This document shows positions 40,801 through 51,167 of a stretch of 64,000 nucleotides of DNA, in pieces. The translations under genes and the position numbers were made by a program. The notes below the pieces were generated by a model that made no database searches, was not told the DNA's origin, and saw nothing but the letters and a program-made list of their open reading frames with translations. Source of the DNA: Escherichia coli (lineage in GTDB: Bacteria > Pseudomonadota > Gammaproteobacteria > Enterobacterales > Enterobacteriaceae). The stretch lies in assembly GCF_030384885.1 (NCBI RefSeq), contig NZ_CP128613.1, one strand, 5' to 3'. The stretch's first letter is position 1, and each line of letters starts with the position of its first letter.

Positions 40801-41842
40801 TATGCGTAGTAAAGGCCGTCCGGTGTTCCAGGCGGTGCGGGAAAACAGTGAAGATGCCCGTGAGTGGCAAAGTGGCACCTTTGTCGCCCCGACGCTGATC
40901 GAACTGGATGATTTTGCCGAATTGCAAAAAGAGGTATTTGGTCCGGTGCTGCATGTGGTGCGTTACAACCGTAACCAGTTGCCGGAACTGATCGAACAGA
41001 TTAACGCTTCCGGTTATGGTCTGACGCTTGGCGTCCATACGCGCATTGATGAAACCATTGCCCAGGTCACTGGCTCGGCCCATGTCGGTAATCTGTATGT
41101 TAACCGTAATATGGTGGGCGCAGTGGTTGGGGTGCAACCATTCGGCGGCGAAGGGTTGTCCGGCACCGGGCCGAAAGCAGGCGGCCCGCTCTATCTCTAC
41201 CGTCTGCTGGCGAATCGCCCGGAAAGTGCGCTGGCGGTGACACTGGCGCGTCAGGATGCAGAGTATCCGGTCGATGCACAATTGAAATCCGCATTGATCC
41301 AGCCGCTAAATGCACTGCGTGAATGGTCGGCAAACCGTCCAGAATTGCAGGCGTTATGTACGCAATATAGCGAGCTGGCGCAGGCAGGAACACAACGATT
41401 GCTGCCAGGGCCGACGGGTGAACGCAACACCTGGACGCTGCTGCCGCGTGAGCGCGTGTTGTGTATTGCGGATGATGAACAGGATGCGCTGACTCAGCTC
41501 GCCGCCGTGCTGGCGGTGGGCAGCCAGGTGCTGTGGCCGGATGACGCTCTGCATCGTCAGTTAGTGAAGGCATTGCCATCGGCAGTCAGCGAACGTATTC
41601 AACTGGCGAAAGTGGAAAATATTACCGCTCAACCGTTTAATGCGGTGATCTTCCACGGGGATTCGGATCAGCTTCGTGCATTGTGTGAAGCGGTTGCCGC
41701 GCGGGATGGCGCAATTGTTTCGGTGCAGGGTTTTGCCCGTGGCGAAAGCAATATCCTGCTGGAACGGTTGTATATCGAGCGTTCGCTGAGCGTGAATACC
41801 GCTGCCGCTGGCGGTAACGCCAGTTTAATGACGATTGGTTAA
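37880..41842 (+). CDS. putA: Bifunctional proline dehydrogenase / P5C dehydrogenase and transcriptional repressor PutA (1320 aa)
   Basis: ORF 37814-41842; start at MGTTTMGVKLDDATRERIK (ribbon-helix-helix N-terminus) gives 1320 aa. Confidence 0.95.
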   Translation: MGTTTMGVKLDDATRERIKSAATRIDRTPHWLIKQAIFSYLEQLENSDTLPELPALLSGAANESDEVPNPAEEPHQPFLDFAEQILPQSVSRAAITAAYRRPETEAVSMLLEQARLPQPVAEQAHKLAYQLADKLRNQKNASGRAGMVQGLLQEFSLSSQEGVALMCLAEALLRIPDKATRDALIRDKISNGNWQSHIGRSPSLFVNAATWGLLFTGKLVSTHNEASLSRSLNRIIGKSGEPLIRKGVDMAMRLMGEQFVTGETIAEALANARKLEEKGFRYSYDMLGEAALTAADAQAYMVSYQQAIHAIGKASNGRGIYEGPGISIKLSALHPRYSRAQYDRLMEELYPRLKSLTLLARQYDIGINIDAEEADRLEISLDLLEKLCFEPELAGWNGIGFVIQAYQKRCPLVIDYLIDLATRSRRRLMIRLVKGAYWDSEIKRAQMDGLEGYPVYTRKVYTDVSYLACAKKLLAVPNLIYPQFATHNAHTLAAIYQLAGQNYYPGQYEFQCLHGMGEPLYEQVTGKVADGKLNRPCRIYAPVGTHETLLAYLVRRLLENGANTSFVNRIADTSLPLDELVADPVTAVEKLAQQEGQTGLPHPKIPLPRDLYGHGRDNSAGLDLANEHRLASLSSALLNSALQKWQALPMLEQPVAAGEMSPVINPAEPKDIVGYVREATPREVEQALESAVNNAPIWFATPPAERAAILHRAAVLMESQMQQLIGILVREAGKTFSNAIAEVREAVDFLHYYAGQVRDDFANETHRPLGPVVCISPWNFPLAIFTGQIAAALAAGNSVLAKPAEQTPLIAAQGIAILLEAGVPPGVVQLLPGQGETVGAQLTGDDRVRGVMFTGSTEVATLLQRNIASRLDAQGRPIPLIAETGGMNAMIVDSSALTEQVVIDVLASAFDSAGQRCSALRVLCLQDEIADHTLKMLRGAMAECRMGNPGRLTTDIGPVIDGEAKANIERHIQTMRSKGRPVFQAVRENSEDAREWQSGTFVAPTLIELDDFAELQKEVFGPVLHVVRYNRNQLPELIEQINASGYGLTLGVHTRIDETIAQVTGSAHVGNLYVNRNMVGAVVGVQPFGGEGLSGTGPKAGGPLYLYRLLANRPESALAVTLARQDAEYPVDAQLKSALIQPLNALREWSANRPELQALCTQYSELAQAGTQRLLPGPTGERNTWTLLPRERVLCIADDEQDALTQLAAVLAVGSQVLWPDDALHRQLVKALPSAVSERIQLAKVENITAQPFNAVIFHGDSDQLRALCEAVAARDGAIVSVQGFARGESNILLERLYIERSLSVNTAAAGGNASLMTIG

Positions 41843-41881
41843 GCAGGTTGCCGGAGGATGCTATAACCTCCTCCGGCATCA

Positions 41882-42520
41882 TTAACGTGGTCGAATCCCC
41901 TCAAGAATAATCCGCTGCACGTTTTCAACCGTTTGATTGAAAAACACTTCATCGCGCAACGTGGCACCTGTCACCGCCTCCACCTGAGGGGCGAAATCGG
42001 CGTAATGTTGAGTGGAAGCCCAGATCATAAAAATCAAATGCTGCGGATCAATCAGCGCGAGTTTGCCGCTTTTAACCCAACCGGCAATCAGCGCCGATTT
42101 CTCATCAATTAACGTTTTCAAATCGCCCGTTAGCTCATCCATTAATAACGGTGCGCCTGCCAACATCTCCATACAGAACAGGCGCGAAGCCTGCGGATAA
42201 TCGCGGGAGACTTCCAGCTTCAGACGGATGTACTCTTTAATCGCTGCCAGCGGGGCGAAATCTTCTCGAAACGCTTTTAACGGTGCCAGCCAGATATCGA
42301 GAATCTGCCGCAGTACGGCTATATACAGCGCCTCTTTTGACGGAAAGTAATACAGCAGATTGGTTTTTGAAACACCCGCCAACTCCGCGATCTGCTCCAG
42401 CCTTGTGCCGTGAAAACCGAATTGTGAAAAAGTGTCCAGTGCTGCGCTAAGAATCGCTTTTTTCTTCGCGCTCACTGCGCGCGAACGTTTACCCGTTGTT
42501 TTCACTGCGCCTTGCGTCAT
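41882..42520 (-). CDS. rutR: TetR-family pyrimidine utilisation regulator RutR (212 aa)
   Basis: ORF 41882-42547; start at MTQGAVKTTGKR; TetR-type HTH (LDTFSQFGFHGTRLEQIAELAGVSKTNLLYYF). Confidence 0.9.
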   Translation of the reverse strand: MTQGAVKTTGKRSRAVSAKKKAILSAALDTFSQFGFHGTRLEQIAELAGVSKTNLLYYFPSKEALYIAVLRQILDIWLAPLKAFREDFAPLAAIKEYIRLKLEVSRDYPQASRLFCMEMLAGAPLLMDELTGDLKTLIDEKSALIAGWVKSGKLALIDPQHLIFMIWASTQHYADFAPQVEAVTGATLRDEVFFNQTVENVQRIILEGIRPR

Positions 42521-42625
42521 GCGCTCTCCCCTCTTGTTGATTGGCAACAGGATAGCAAAACCCCCGCCCGGCCTCGACCTTCTGCACTCTCATCGCGCAC
42601 GAATGCATGTTTTATGTGCAATTGT

Positions 42626-42641
42626 TTTGACCGTTTAGTCC
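42626..42641. promoter_or_regulatory. Candidate RutR operator
   Basis: TTGACCgtttaGTCCA resembles the TTGACCAnnTGGTCAA RutR consensus, in the rutR-rutA intergenic region. Confidence 0.4.
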
Positions 42642-42705
42642 ACTTTTTTCCAGGTATTTTAGATAACTTAACATTAACACATTAATAACATTCACTTTTT
42701 AAAAA

Positions 42706-42722
42706 CTGGCATCCGCTTTGCA
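42706..42722 (+). promoter_or_regulatory. Candidate sigma-54 promoter of the rut operon
   Basis: cTGGCAtccgcTTTGCA matches the -24 GG / -12 GC spacing (TGGCA-N6-TTGCA); the rut operon is established to be NtrC/sigma-54 dependent. Confidence 0.6.
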
Positions 42723-42750
42723 AACAAACCATTACGCGGCTGAAAAGGAT

Positions 42751-44591
<1,841 letters not shown>

Positions 44592-44602
44592 GGAGTTTAA
44601 TG

Positions 44603-44989
44603 ATGCCGAAATCCGTAATTATTCCTGCTGGCAGCAGCGCACCGCTGGCCCCCTTCGTTCCCGGCACGATGGCTGATGGCGTGGTGTATGTCTCCGGCAC
44701 GCTGGCTTTTGATCAACATAATAACGTGCTGTTTGCCGATGACCCAAAGGCGCAAACCCGCCACGTTCTGGAGACCATCCGCAAGGTTATCGAGACGGCG
44801 GGTGGCACGATGGCGGACGTGACCTTCAACAGCATCTTTATTACCGACTGGAAAAATTACGCCGCGATTAACGAAATCTACGCCGAGTTTTTCCCTGATG
44901 ATAAACCGGCGCGATTCTGCATTCAGTGCGGACTGGTAAAACCTGACGCGCTGGTGGAAATCGCCACAATTGCGCATATCGCCAAGTGA
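44603..44989 (+). CDS. rutC: Aminoacrylate peracid reductase RutC, RidA/YjgF family (128 aa)
   Basis: [21 protein letters not shown]...; operon position. Confidence 0.9.
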   Translation: MPKSVIIPAGSSAPLAPFVPGTMADGVVYVSGTLAFDQHNNVLFADDPKAQTRHVLETIRKVIETAGGTMADVTFNSIFITDWKNYAAINEIYAEFFPDDKPARFCIQCGLVKPDALVEIATIAHIAK

Positions 44990-44996
44990 GGCCGCG

Positions 44997-45797
44997 ATGA
45001 AACTTTCACTCTCACCTCCCCCTTATGCTGATGCGCCCGTAGTGGTGTTGATTTCGGGTCTTGGCGGTAGCGGCAGTTACTGGTTACCGCAACTGGCGGT
45101 GCTGGAGCAGGAGTATCAGATAGTCTGTTACGACCAGCGCGGCACAGGCAATAATCCCGACACGCTGGCAGAAGATTACAGTATCGCCCAGATGGCAACG
45201 GAACTGCATCAGGCGCTGGTAGCCGCAGGGATTGAGCATTACGCAGTGGTCGGCCATGCGCTCGGTGCGCTGGTGGGAATGCAGCTGGCGCTGGATTATC
45301 CCGCGTCGGTCACTGCACTGGTCAGCGTTAACGGCTGGCTACGAATAAACGCCCATACGCGCCGCTGTTTTCAGGTTCGCGAACGATTACTGCATAGCGG
45401 CGGCGCGCAGGCATGGGTGGAAGCGCAGCCGTTGTTCCTCTACCCCGCCGACTGGATGGCGGCCCGCGCCCCTCGCCTTGAGGCAGAAGACGCGCTGGCA
45501 CTGGCGCATTTTCAGGGCAAAAATAATTTACTGCGTCGACTTAACGCCCTCAAACGCGCTGACTTTAGTCGCCATGCGGATCGCATTCGCTGCCCGGTGC
45601 AAATCATCTGCGCCAGTGATGATCTGCTCGTGCCATCAGCATGTTCCAGTGAACTTCATGCCGCCCTGCCCGATAGCCAGAAAATGGTGATGCGCAATGG
45701 CGGACACGCCTGCAACGTGACCGATCCCGAAACGTTTAATGCTCTGTTACTCAACGGGCTTGCCAGCCTGTTACATCACCGTGAAGCCGCCCTGTAA
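44997..45797 (+). CDS. rutD: Alpha/beta hydrolase RutD (266 aa)
   Basis: Start [29 protein letters not shown]; alpha/beta-hydrolase motifs. Confidence 0.9.
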   Translation: MKLSLSPPPYADAPVVVLISGLGGSGSYWLPQLAVLEQEYQIVCYDQRGTGNNPDTLAEDYSIAQMATELHQALVAAGIEHYAVVGHALGALVGMQLALDYPASVTALVSVNGWLRINAHTRRCFQVRERLLHSGGAQAWVEAQPLFLYPADWMAARAPRLEAEDALALAHFQGKNNLLRRLNALKRADFSRHADRIRCPVQIICASDDLLVPSACSSELHAALPDSQKMVMRNGGHACNVTDPETFNALLLNGLASLLHHREAAL

Positions 45798-45806
45798 GGA
45801 ATTGCT

Positions 45807-46397
45807 ATGAACGAAGCCGTTAGCCCTGGTGCGCTTAGCACCCTGTTCACCGATGCCCGCACTCACAACGGCTGGCGAGAGACACCCGTCAGCGATGAGA
45901 CATTACGGGAGATTTATGCCCTGATGAAATGGGGGCCGACATCAGCTAACTGTTCTCCGGCACGGATCGTGTTTATCCGCACTGCAGAAGGAAAAGAACG
46001 TCTGCGCCCGGCGCTTTCCAGCGGCAATCTGCAAAAAACCCTGACCGCGCCCGTCACCGCGATCGTCGCCTGGGACAGTGAATTTTATGAACGGTTACCA
46101 CAGCTGTTTCCTCACGGCGATGCCCGCAGTTGGTTTACCTCCAGCCCACAACTTGCCGAAGAAACAGCGTTTCGCAACAGTTCCATGCAGGCAGCCTATC
46201 TAATCGTCGCCTGCCGTGCGCTGGGGCTGGATACCGGCCCGATGTCCGGCTTTGACCGTCAACACGTGGACGACGCCTTTTTTACGGGCAGCACGCTGAA
46301 GAGCAATCTGCTGATTAATATCGGCTATGGCGATAGCAGCAAGCTTTATGCGCGCCTGCCACGTCTGTCCTTTGAAGAAGCCTGCGGGCTGTTGTAA
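45807..46397 (+). CDS. rutE: Malonic semialdehyde reductase RutE, nitroreductase family (196 aa)
   Basis: 196-aa ORF in operon position. Confidence 0.9.
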   Translation: MNEAVSPGALSTLFTDARTHNGWRETPVSDETLREIYALMKWGPTSANCSPARIVFIRTAEGKERLRPALSSGNLQKTLTAPVTAIVAWDSEFYERLPQLFPHGDARSWFTSSPQLAEETAFRNSSMQAAYLIVACRALGLDTGPMSGFDRQHVDDAFFTGSTLKSNLLINIGYGDSSKLYARLPRLSFEEACGLL

Positions 46398-46407
46398 GGA
46401 GCAAACT

Positions 46408-46902
46408 ATGAACATTGTCGATCAACAAACTTTTCGCGATGCGATGTCCTGCATGGGCGCGGCGGTCAATATCATCACCACGGACGGTCCAGCCGGGCGC
46501 GCCGGGTTCACCGCCAGCGCCGTCTGTAGCGTAACCGACACACCGCCCACATTACTGGTGTGCCTGAATCGTGGGGCATCCGTCTGGCCGGTATTTAATG
46601 AAAACCGAACGCTGTGTGTAAATACACTTAGCGCCGGGCAGGAGCCGCTTTCAAACCTTTTTGGCGGCAAAACGCCCATGGAACACCGCTTTGCCGCCGC
46701 CCGCTGGCAGACTGGTGTGACCGGATGCCCGCAACTGGAAGAAGCACTGGTTTCGTTTGACTGCCGTATCAGCCAGGTGGTGAGCGTCGGCACCCACGAC
46801 ATTCTGTTTTGCGCCATCGAAGCGATTCATCGTCACGCCACCCCCTACGGGCTGGTGTGGTTTGATCGCAGTTATCACGCGCTGATGCGCCCTGCTTGTT
46901 AA
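46408..46902 (+). CDS. rutF: Flavin reductase RutF (164 aa)
   Basis: Start [25 protein letters not shown]; flavin reductase-like. Confidence 0.9.
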
Positions 46903-46922
46903 CCTCCTTAAGGAGACAGCTG

Positions 46923-48251
46923 ATGGCAATGTTCGGTTTTCCTCACTGGCAGTTAAAATCGACCTCTACAGAGAGCGGCGTGGTCGCGCCGAATGAACGA
47001 TTGCCGTTTGCTCAGACGGCAATAATGGGCGTTCAACACGCGGTGGCGATGTTTGGCGCGACGGTGTTAATGCCGATTCTGATGGGGCTGGATCCCAACC
47101 TTTCCATTTTAATGTCGGGGATCGGCACGTTACTGTTTTTCTTTATTACCGGCGGGCGCGTCCCCAGTTATCTCGGTTCCAGCGCGGCTTTTGTCGGCGT
47201 GGTGATCGCCGCGACGGGCTTTAATGGTCAGGGAATTAATCCGAATATCAGCATCGCGCTGGGCGGGATTATCGCCTGTGGGCTGGTTTATACCGTCATT
47301 GGCCTGGTGGTGATGAAAATCGGTACGCGCTGGATTGAACGACTAATGCCGCCGGTTGTGACGGGTGCGGTGGTGATGGCGATTGGCCTGAACTTAGCGC
47401 CTATCGCAGTGAAAAGTGTATCGGCTTCGGCCTTTGATAGTTGGATGGCGGTAATGACGGTGCTGTGTATTGGGCTGGTGGCGGTGTTTACCCGTGGCAT
47501 GATCCAGCGATTATTGATTCTCGTAGGATTAATTGTCGCCTGTCTGCTGTATGGCGTGATGACCAACGTTTTAGGGCTGGGAAAAGCCGTCGATTTTACT
47601 CTCGTCAGCCATGCTGCCTGGTTCGGTCTGCCACATTTTTCCACTCCTGCTTTTAATGGTCAGGCAATGATGCTGATTGCGCCCGTGGCGGTTATTCTGG
47701 TGGCGGAAAACTTAGGTCATCTGAAGGCGGTAGCCGGGATGACCGGACGCAATATGGACCCGTATATGGGGCGGGCATTCGTAGGCGATGGGCTGGCAAC
47801 AATGCTTTCGGGTTCTGTCGGCGGTAGCGGCGTGACCACCTATGCTGAAAATATCGGTGTGATGGCTGTGACAAAAGTCTATTCGACGCTGGTGTTTGTT
47901 GCTGCCGCCGTCATCGCCATGCTGTTGGGCTTTTCGCCGAAATTTGGCGCACTAATCCATACCATTCCGGCACCGGTGATTGGTGGTGCGTCAATTGTTG
48001 TGTTCGGGTTAATTGCCGTCGCAGGCGCGCGGATCTGGGTACAAAATCGTGTGGATTTAAGTCAGAACGGTAATTTGATTATGGTCGCAGTAACCTTAGT
48101 GCTGGGTGATGGTGATTTTGCTCTCACGCTGGGCGGTTTTACGTTGGGAGGGATCGGTACAGCAACCTTTGGCGCGATTTTACTCAATGCGTTGTTGAGC
48201 AGAAGGTTGGTTGACGTTCCTCCGCCAGAAGTTGTTCATCAGGAACCATAA
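46923..48251 (+). CDS. rutG: Pyrimidine permease RutG, NCS2 family (442 aa)
   Basis: Start MAMFGFPHWQLKSTSTES; polytopic membrane protein; last gene of the operon. Confidence 0.9.
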   Translation: MAMFGFPHWQLKSTSTESGVVAPNERLPFAQTAIMGVQHAVAMFGATVLMPILMGLDPNLSILMSGIGTLLFFFITGGRVPSYLGSSAAFVGVVIAATGFNGQGINPNISIALGGIIACGLVYTVIGLVVMKIGTRWIERLMPPVVTGAVVMAIGLNLAPIAVKSVSASAFDSWMAVMTVLCIGLVAVFTRGMIQRLLILVGLIVACLLYGVMTNVLGLGKAVDFTLVSHAAWFGLPHFSTPAFNGQAMMLIAPVAVILVAENLGHLKAVAGMTGRNMDPYMGRAFVGDGLATMLSGSVGGSGVTTYAENIGVMAVTKVYSTLVFVAAAVIAMLLGFSPKFGALIHTIPAPVIGGASIVVFGLIAVAGARIWVQNRVDLSQNGNLIMVAVTLVLGDGDFALTLGGFTLGGIGTATFGAILLNALLSRRLVDVPPPEVVHQEP

Positions 48252-48333
48252 ACAGAAAACCGCCGGGGTAACCGGCGGTGATGGCTTTTTGACGAGCTAC
48301 AGACAAAAATGCATTCGTCATTGATTAGCCCGG

Positions 48334-48507
48334 CTAGTTGTCGCTTTTGCCGTGACTGCTCTTGCCACCTTTTTTACCTGCTTCAGATGCGCGCTGCGGG
48401 TCATTTTTGAAATTACCCCCGCTGTGCTGTCCACCTTTTTTACCTGCTTCTGATGCTCTTTCGCGGTCTTCTGCAAAATTGCCGGAACCGCCTCGATGGT
48501 TTGCCAT
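48334..48507 (-). CDS. ymdF: Stress-induced KGG-repeat protein YmdF (57 aa)
   Basis: MANHRGGSGNFAEDRERASEAGKKGGQHSGGNFKNDPQRASEAGKKGGKSSHGKSDN: KGG repeats, hydrophilin-like. Confidence 0.8.
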   Translation of the reverse strand: MANHRGGSGNFAEDRERASEAGKKGGQHSGGNFKNDPQRASEAGKKGGKSSHGKSDN

Positions 48508-48861
48508 TACTGACCTCCGTCTGGGTATAGACATCATATTGCATAGAATTAACGCGGCGTATGGCGGCTGCCATATTTTCGCTACGTGGGACTAAGCTTA
48601 GTGAACTGACGCGGGCAGACCCGCGTTTGGTAATATCCTGCAACAGCTTCTTAGCGAGAATAGATATCATCTCCAATAATTATCTATAAGCCGCTCTTAT
48701 GATTAAAAAAACGCGATGAGATAAAAATGTGTCATTTTGCGACAAAATTGCGTGCTTGTGAAAGTTGTTATAAATCAAATAAGTGGTTGTGAAATTTGCA
48801 CTCTGAAAAGGACGTCTTATCTTTAAATAAGTGGTAGCGAATCGCTACGGAATAGAGATAA

Positions 48862-49476
<615 letters not shown>

Positions 49477-49496
49477 TCTTCAACAGGAGGATACGC

Positions 49497-49724
49497 ATGC
49501 CAACTCAAGAAGCGAAAGCTCATCACGTCGGTGAATGGGCATCTCTGCGCAATACGTCGCCGGAAATAGCCGAGGCCATTTTCGAAGTCGCCGGGTACGA
49601 CGAAAAAATGGCGGAAAAGATTTGGGAAGAAGGTAGCGATGAAGTGTTAGTCAAAGCCTTTGCTAAGACCGATAAAGATTCGCTTTTTTGGGGCGAACAG
49701 ACCATCGAACGTAAAAACGTTTAA
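49497..49724 (+). CDS. yccJ: Small protein YccJ (75 aa)
   Basis: 75-aa ORF 20 nt downstream of wrbA. Confidence 0.85.
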
Positions 49725-49732
49725 TCCTGAAC

Positions 49733-49759
49733 CTCCCCCGTAGTGAACGGGGGAGTTTT
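49733..49759 (+). terminator. Rho-independent terminator after yccJ
   Basis: ctcccccg-tagtgaa-cgggggag followed by tttt. Confidence 0.75.
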
Positions 49760-50259
49760 CGATTATTCATTGACCAACGTCTCATGTCCTGTTATTACTG
49801 TGAGATATTCAATCACGTTATCAAATAAAAAAATCGATATCATTGCGGTAAGCTTGTTATTGATTATAAATATGGGTAATAAGCGATATCCAGCATGAAT
49901 TTGATTGTACAGGGTATTTCCTATATAGCCATTGGTTAAATCTTGAAGATAAGATACCTCCGGCTGAAAAATCCATCCCGGCAATGAAGGATGTGATATT
50001 TTCGTAATTCTCTTGCAGAATAAACAACCCTGGATACGCTCTGAATACAAGGAAATTTTCCAATAAATTATTTATTCATCAATACTCCCCGGCGAGGATC
50101 ATCAAAATATCTCATTATCTTTTAAAACTGCCCAGCCCGTTATAACGGACGTTATCTGGCGCACGCTGAAGTGGGCATGATACTCACTTTCATTAAAATG
50201 CTCGACATGATTTGCTAATCGCTTAGCTAGATAATTGACGTTCAGTCTGTGCCAAATTT

Positions 50260-50619
50260 TTAGCGAAAAATAGCAAATTTAAGCCGGGAATTTATCAAAG
50301 CATCCTCATTTACTTCACCATGAACAATAAAGTCACGCATAAACTGCAGGTGTTTAATTAATAAAATCCATTCACTTTCAGTAAGATAGTTTTTCCCACG
50401 CAGATTATAATACAGAGATTTGATTAATGGGATCTTCTGCTTATGGCGCTTTGACCGCGCTGAGCACAATATTTGTTCTATCAGGCCAAGCGTCCCTTTC
50501 TGACGCAACCAGCACCGGAGTTCAGACTGCGCGCTAATGCCGCGAGCCACCGACAAATGTATTTGGGTAAGCAATGCGTATAAACCTAATAAAAACGCGT
50601 CGTGATAATACCGCTTCAT
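50260..50619 (-). CDS. Hypothetical protein (119 aa) in an AT-rich insertion; C-terminal R-x4-H-G motif (HEPN-like?)
   Basis: ATG at 50619 preceded at 12 nt by the previous ORF's TAA and an SD-like GAGGTGGG; translation MKRYYHDAFLLGLYALL...HLQFMRDFIVHGEVNEDALINSRLKFAIFR. I recognise no family; the reading frame is open in a very AT-rich context. Confidence 0.5.
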   Translation of the reverse strand: MKRYYHDAFLLGLYALLTQIHLSVARGISAQSELRCWLRQKGTLGLIEQILCSARSKRHKQKIPLIKSLYYNLRGKNYLTESEWILLIKHLQFMRDFIVHGEVNEDALINSRLKFAIFR

Positions 50620-50631
50620 TACCCACCTCTG

Positions 50632-51000
50632 TTATCGTAATTTTTTAAACAAATAATCATATAAAATTTCGGCAATGAATTCTGCATGTTCACGTCGCAC
50701 AATGACATTCATAACGTAATATTGCGCAGCAATTTCATTGATAAAATGTTCAGGCAGTATGAATACGCGTGCATAAGCCGAGTATATTTCCAGTATTTCA
50801 TTTGAGATGTTTTCAAGATCAACGCAATAATTTGTCACATCATAAAAAAGATTAGCGTATTTTTTATTAATTATGCTAAGGCATATAAATGGGGCATTTA
50901 ATTTTTCACACAATTGCCAGTGCGTTCTTTCATTTTCTCCCTTCCATGTATACTTCATTTTGTCAGCCATCCTTTGATTTACGCGTCTGAAGTTTACCAC
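50632..51000 (-). CDS. Hypothetical protein (up to 122 aa; start may be GTG 51000 or the internal ATGs MADK / MKYTW) in an AT-rich insertion
   Basis: Open frame immediately upstream of and co-directional with the 119-aa ORF; candidate -10 TATAAT on the minus strand at 51036-51041. No family recognised. Confidence 0.45.
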   Translation of the reverse strand: MVNFRRVNQRMADKMKYTWKGENERTHWQLCEKLNAPFICLSIINKKYANLFYDVTNYCVDLENISNEILEIYSAYARVFILPEHFINEIAAQYYVMNVIVRREHAEFIAEILYDYLFKKLR

Positions 51001-51098
51001 TGTGTCTGGGGTAAACCATGCGTTCTATGGTAAAAATTATACGAGATGTGGCGCTGCGTAATATTCTGCTCCCTCAATATATTTCTGGTGAATATGTT

Positions 51099-51131
51099 CC
51101 AGGTTAATTGGGAAGATCTGCATGTGATCTT
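51099..51131. repeat. Perfect 13-bp inverted repeat aattgggaagatc-N7-gatcttcccaatt
   Basis: Seen directly; lies ~40 bp beyond the agp stop at the edge of the AT-rich insertion; candidate terminator or protein-binding palindrome. Confidence 0.6.
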
Positions 51132-51167
51132 CCCAATTTTATGACTACAAAATGTCAATAGCCGGGT

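Noticed and set aside
50632-51000. Assigning the 122-aa island ORF as an MNT-type nucleotidyltransferase antitoxin
   Set aside because: I looked for the G-S/G-x(9-13)-D-x-D signature and did not find it, so the canonical HEPN-MNT pairing is not supported; it is kept as an unknown partner.
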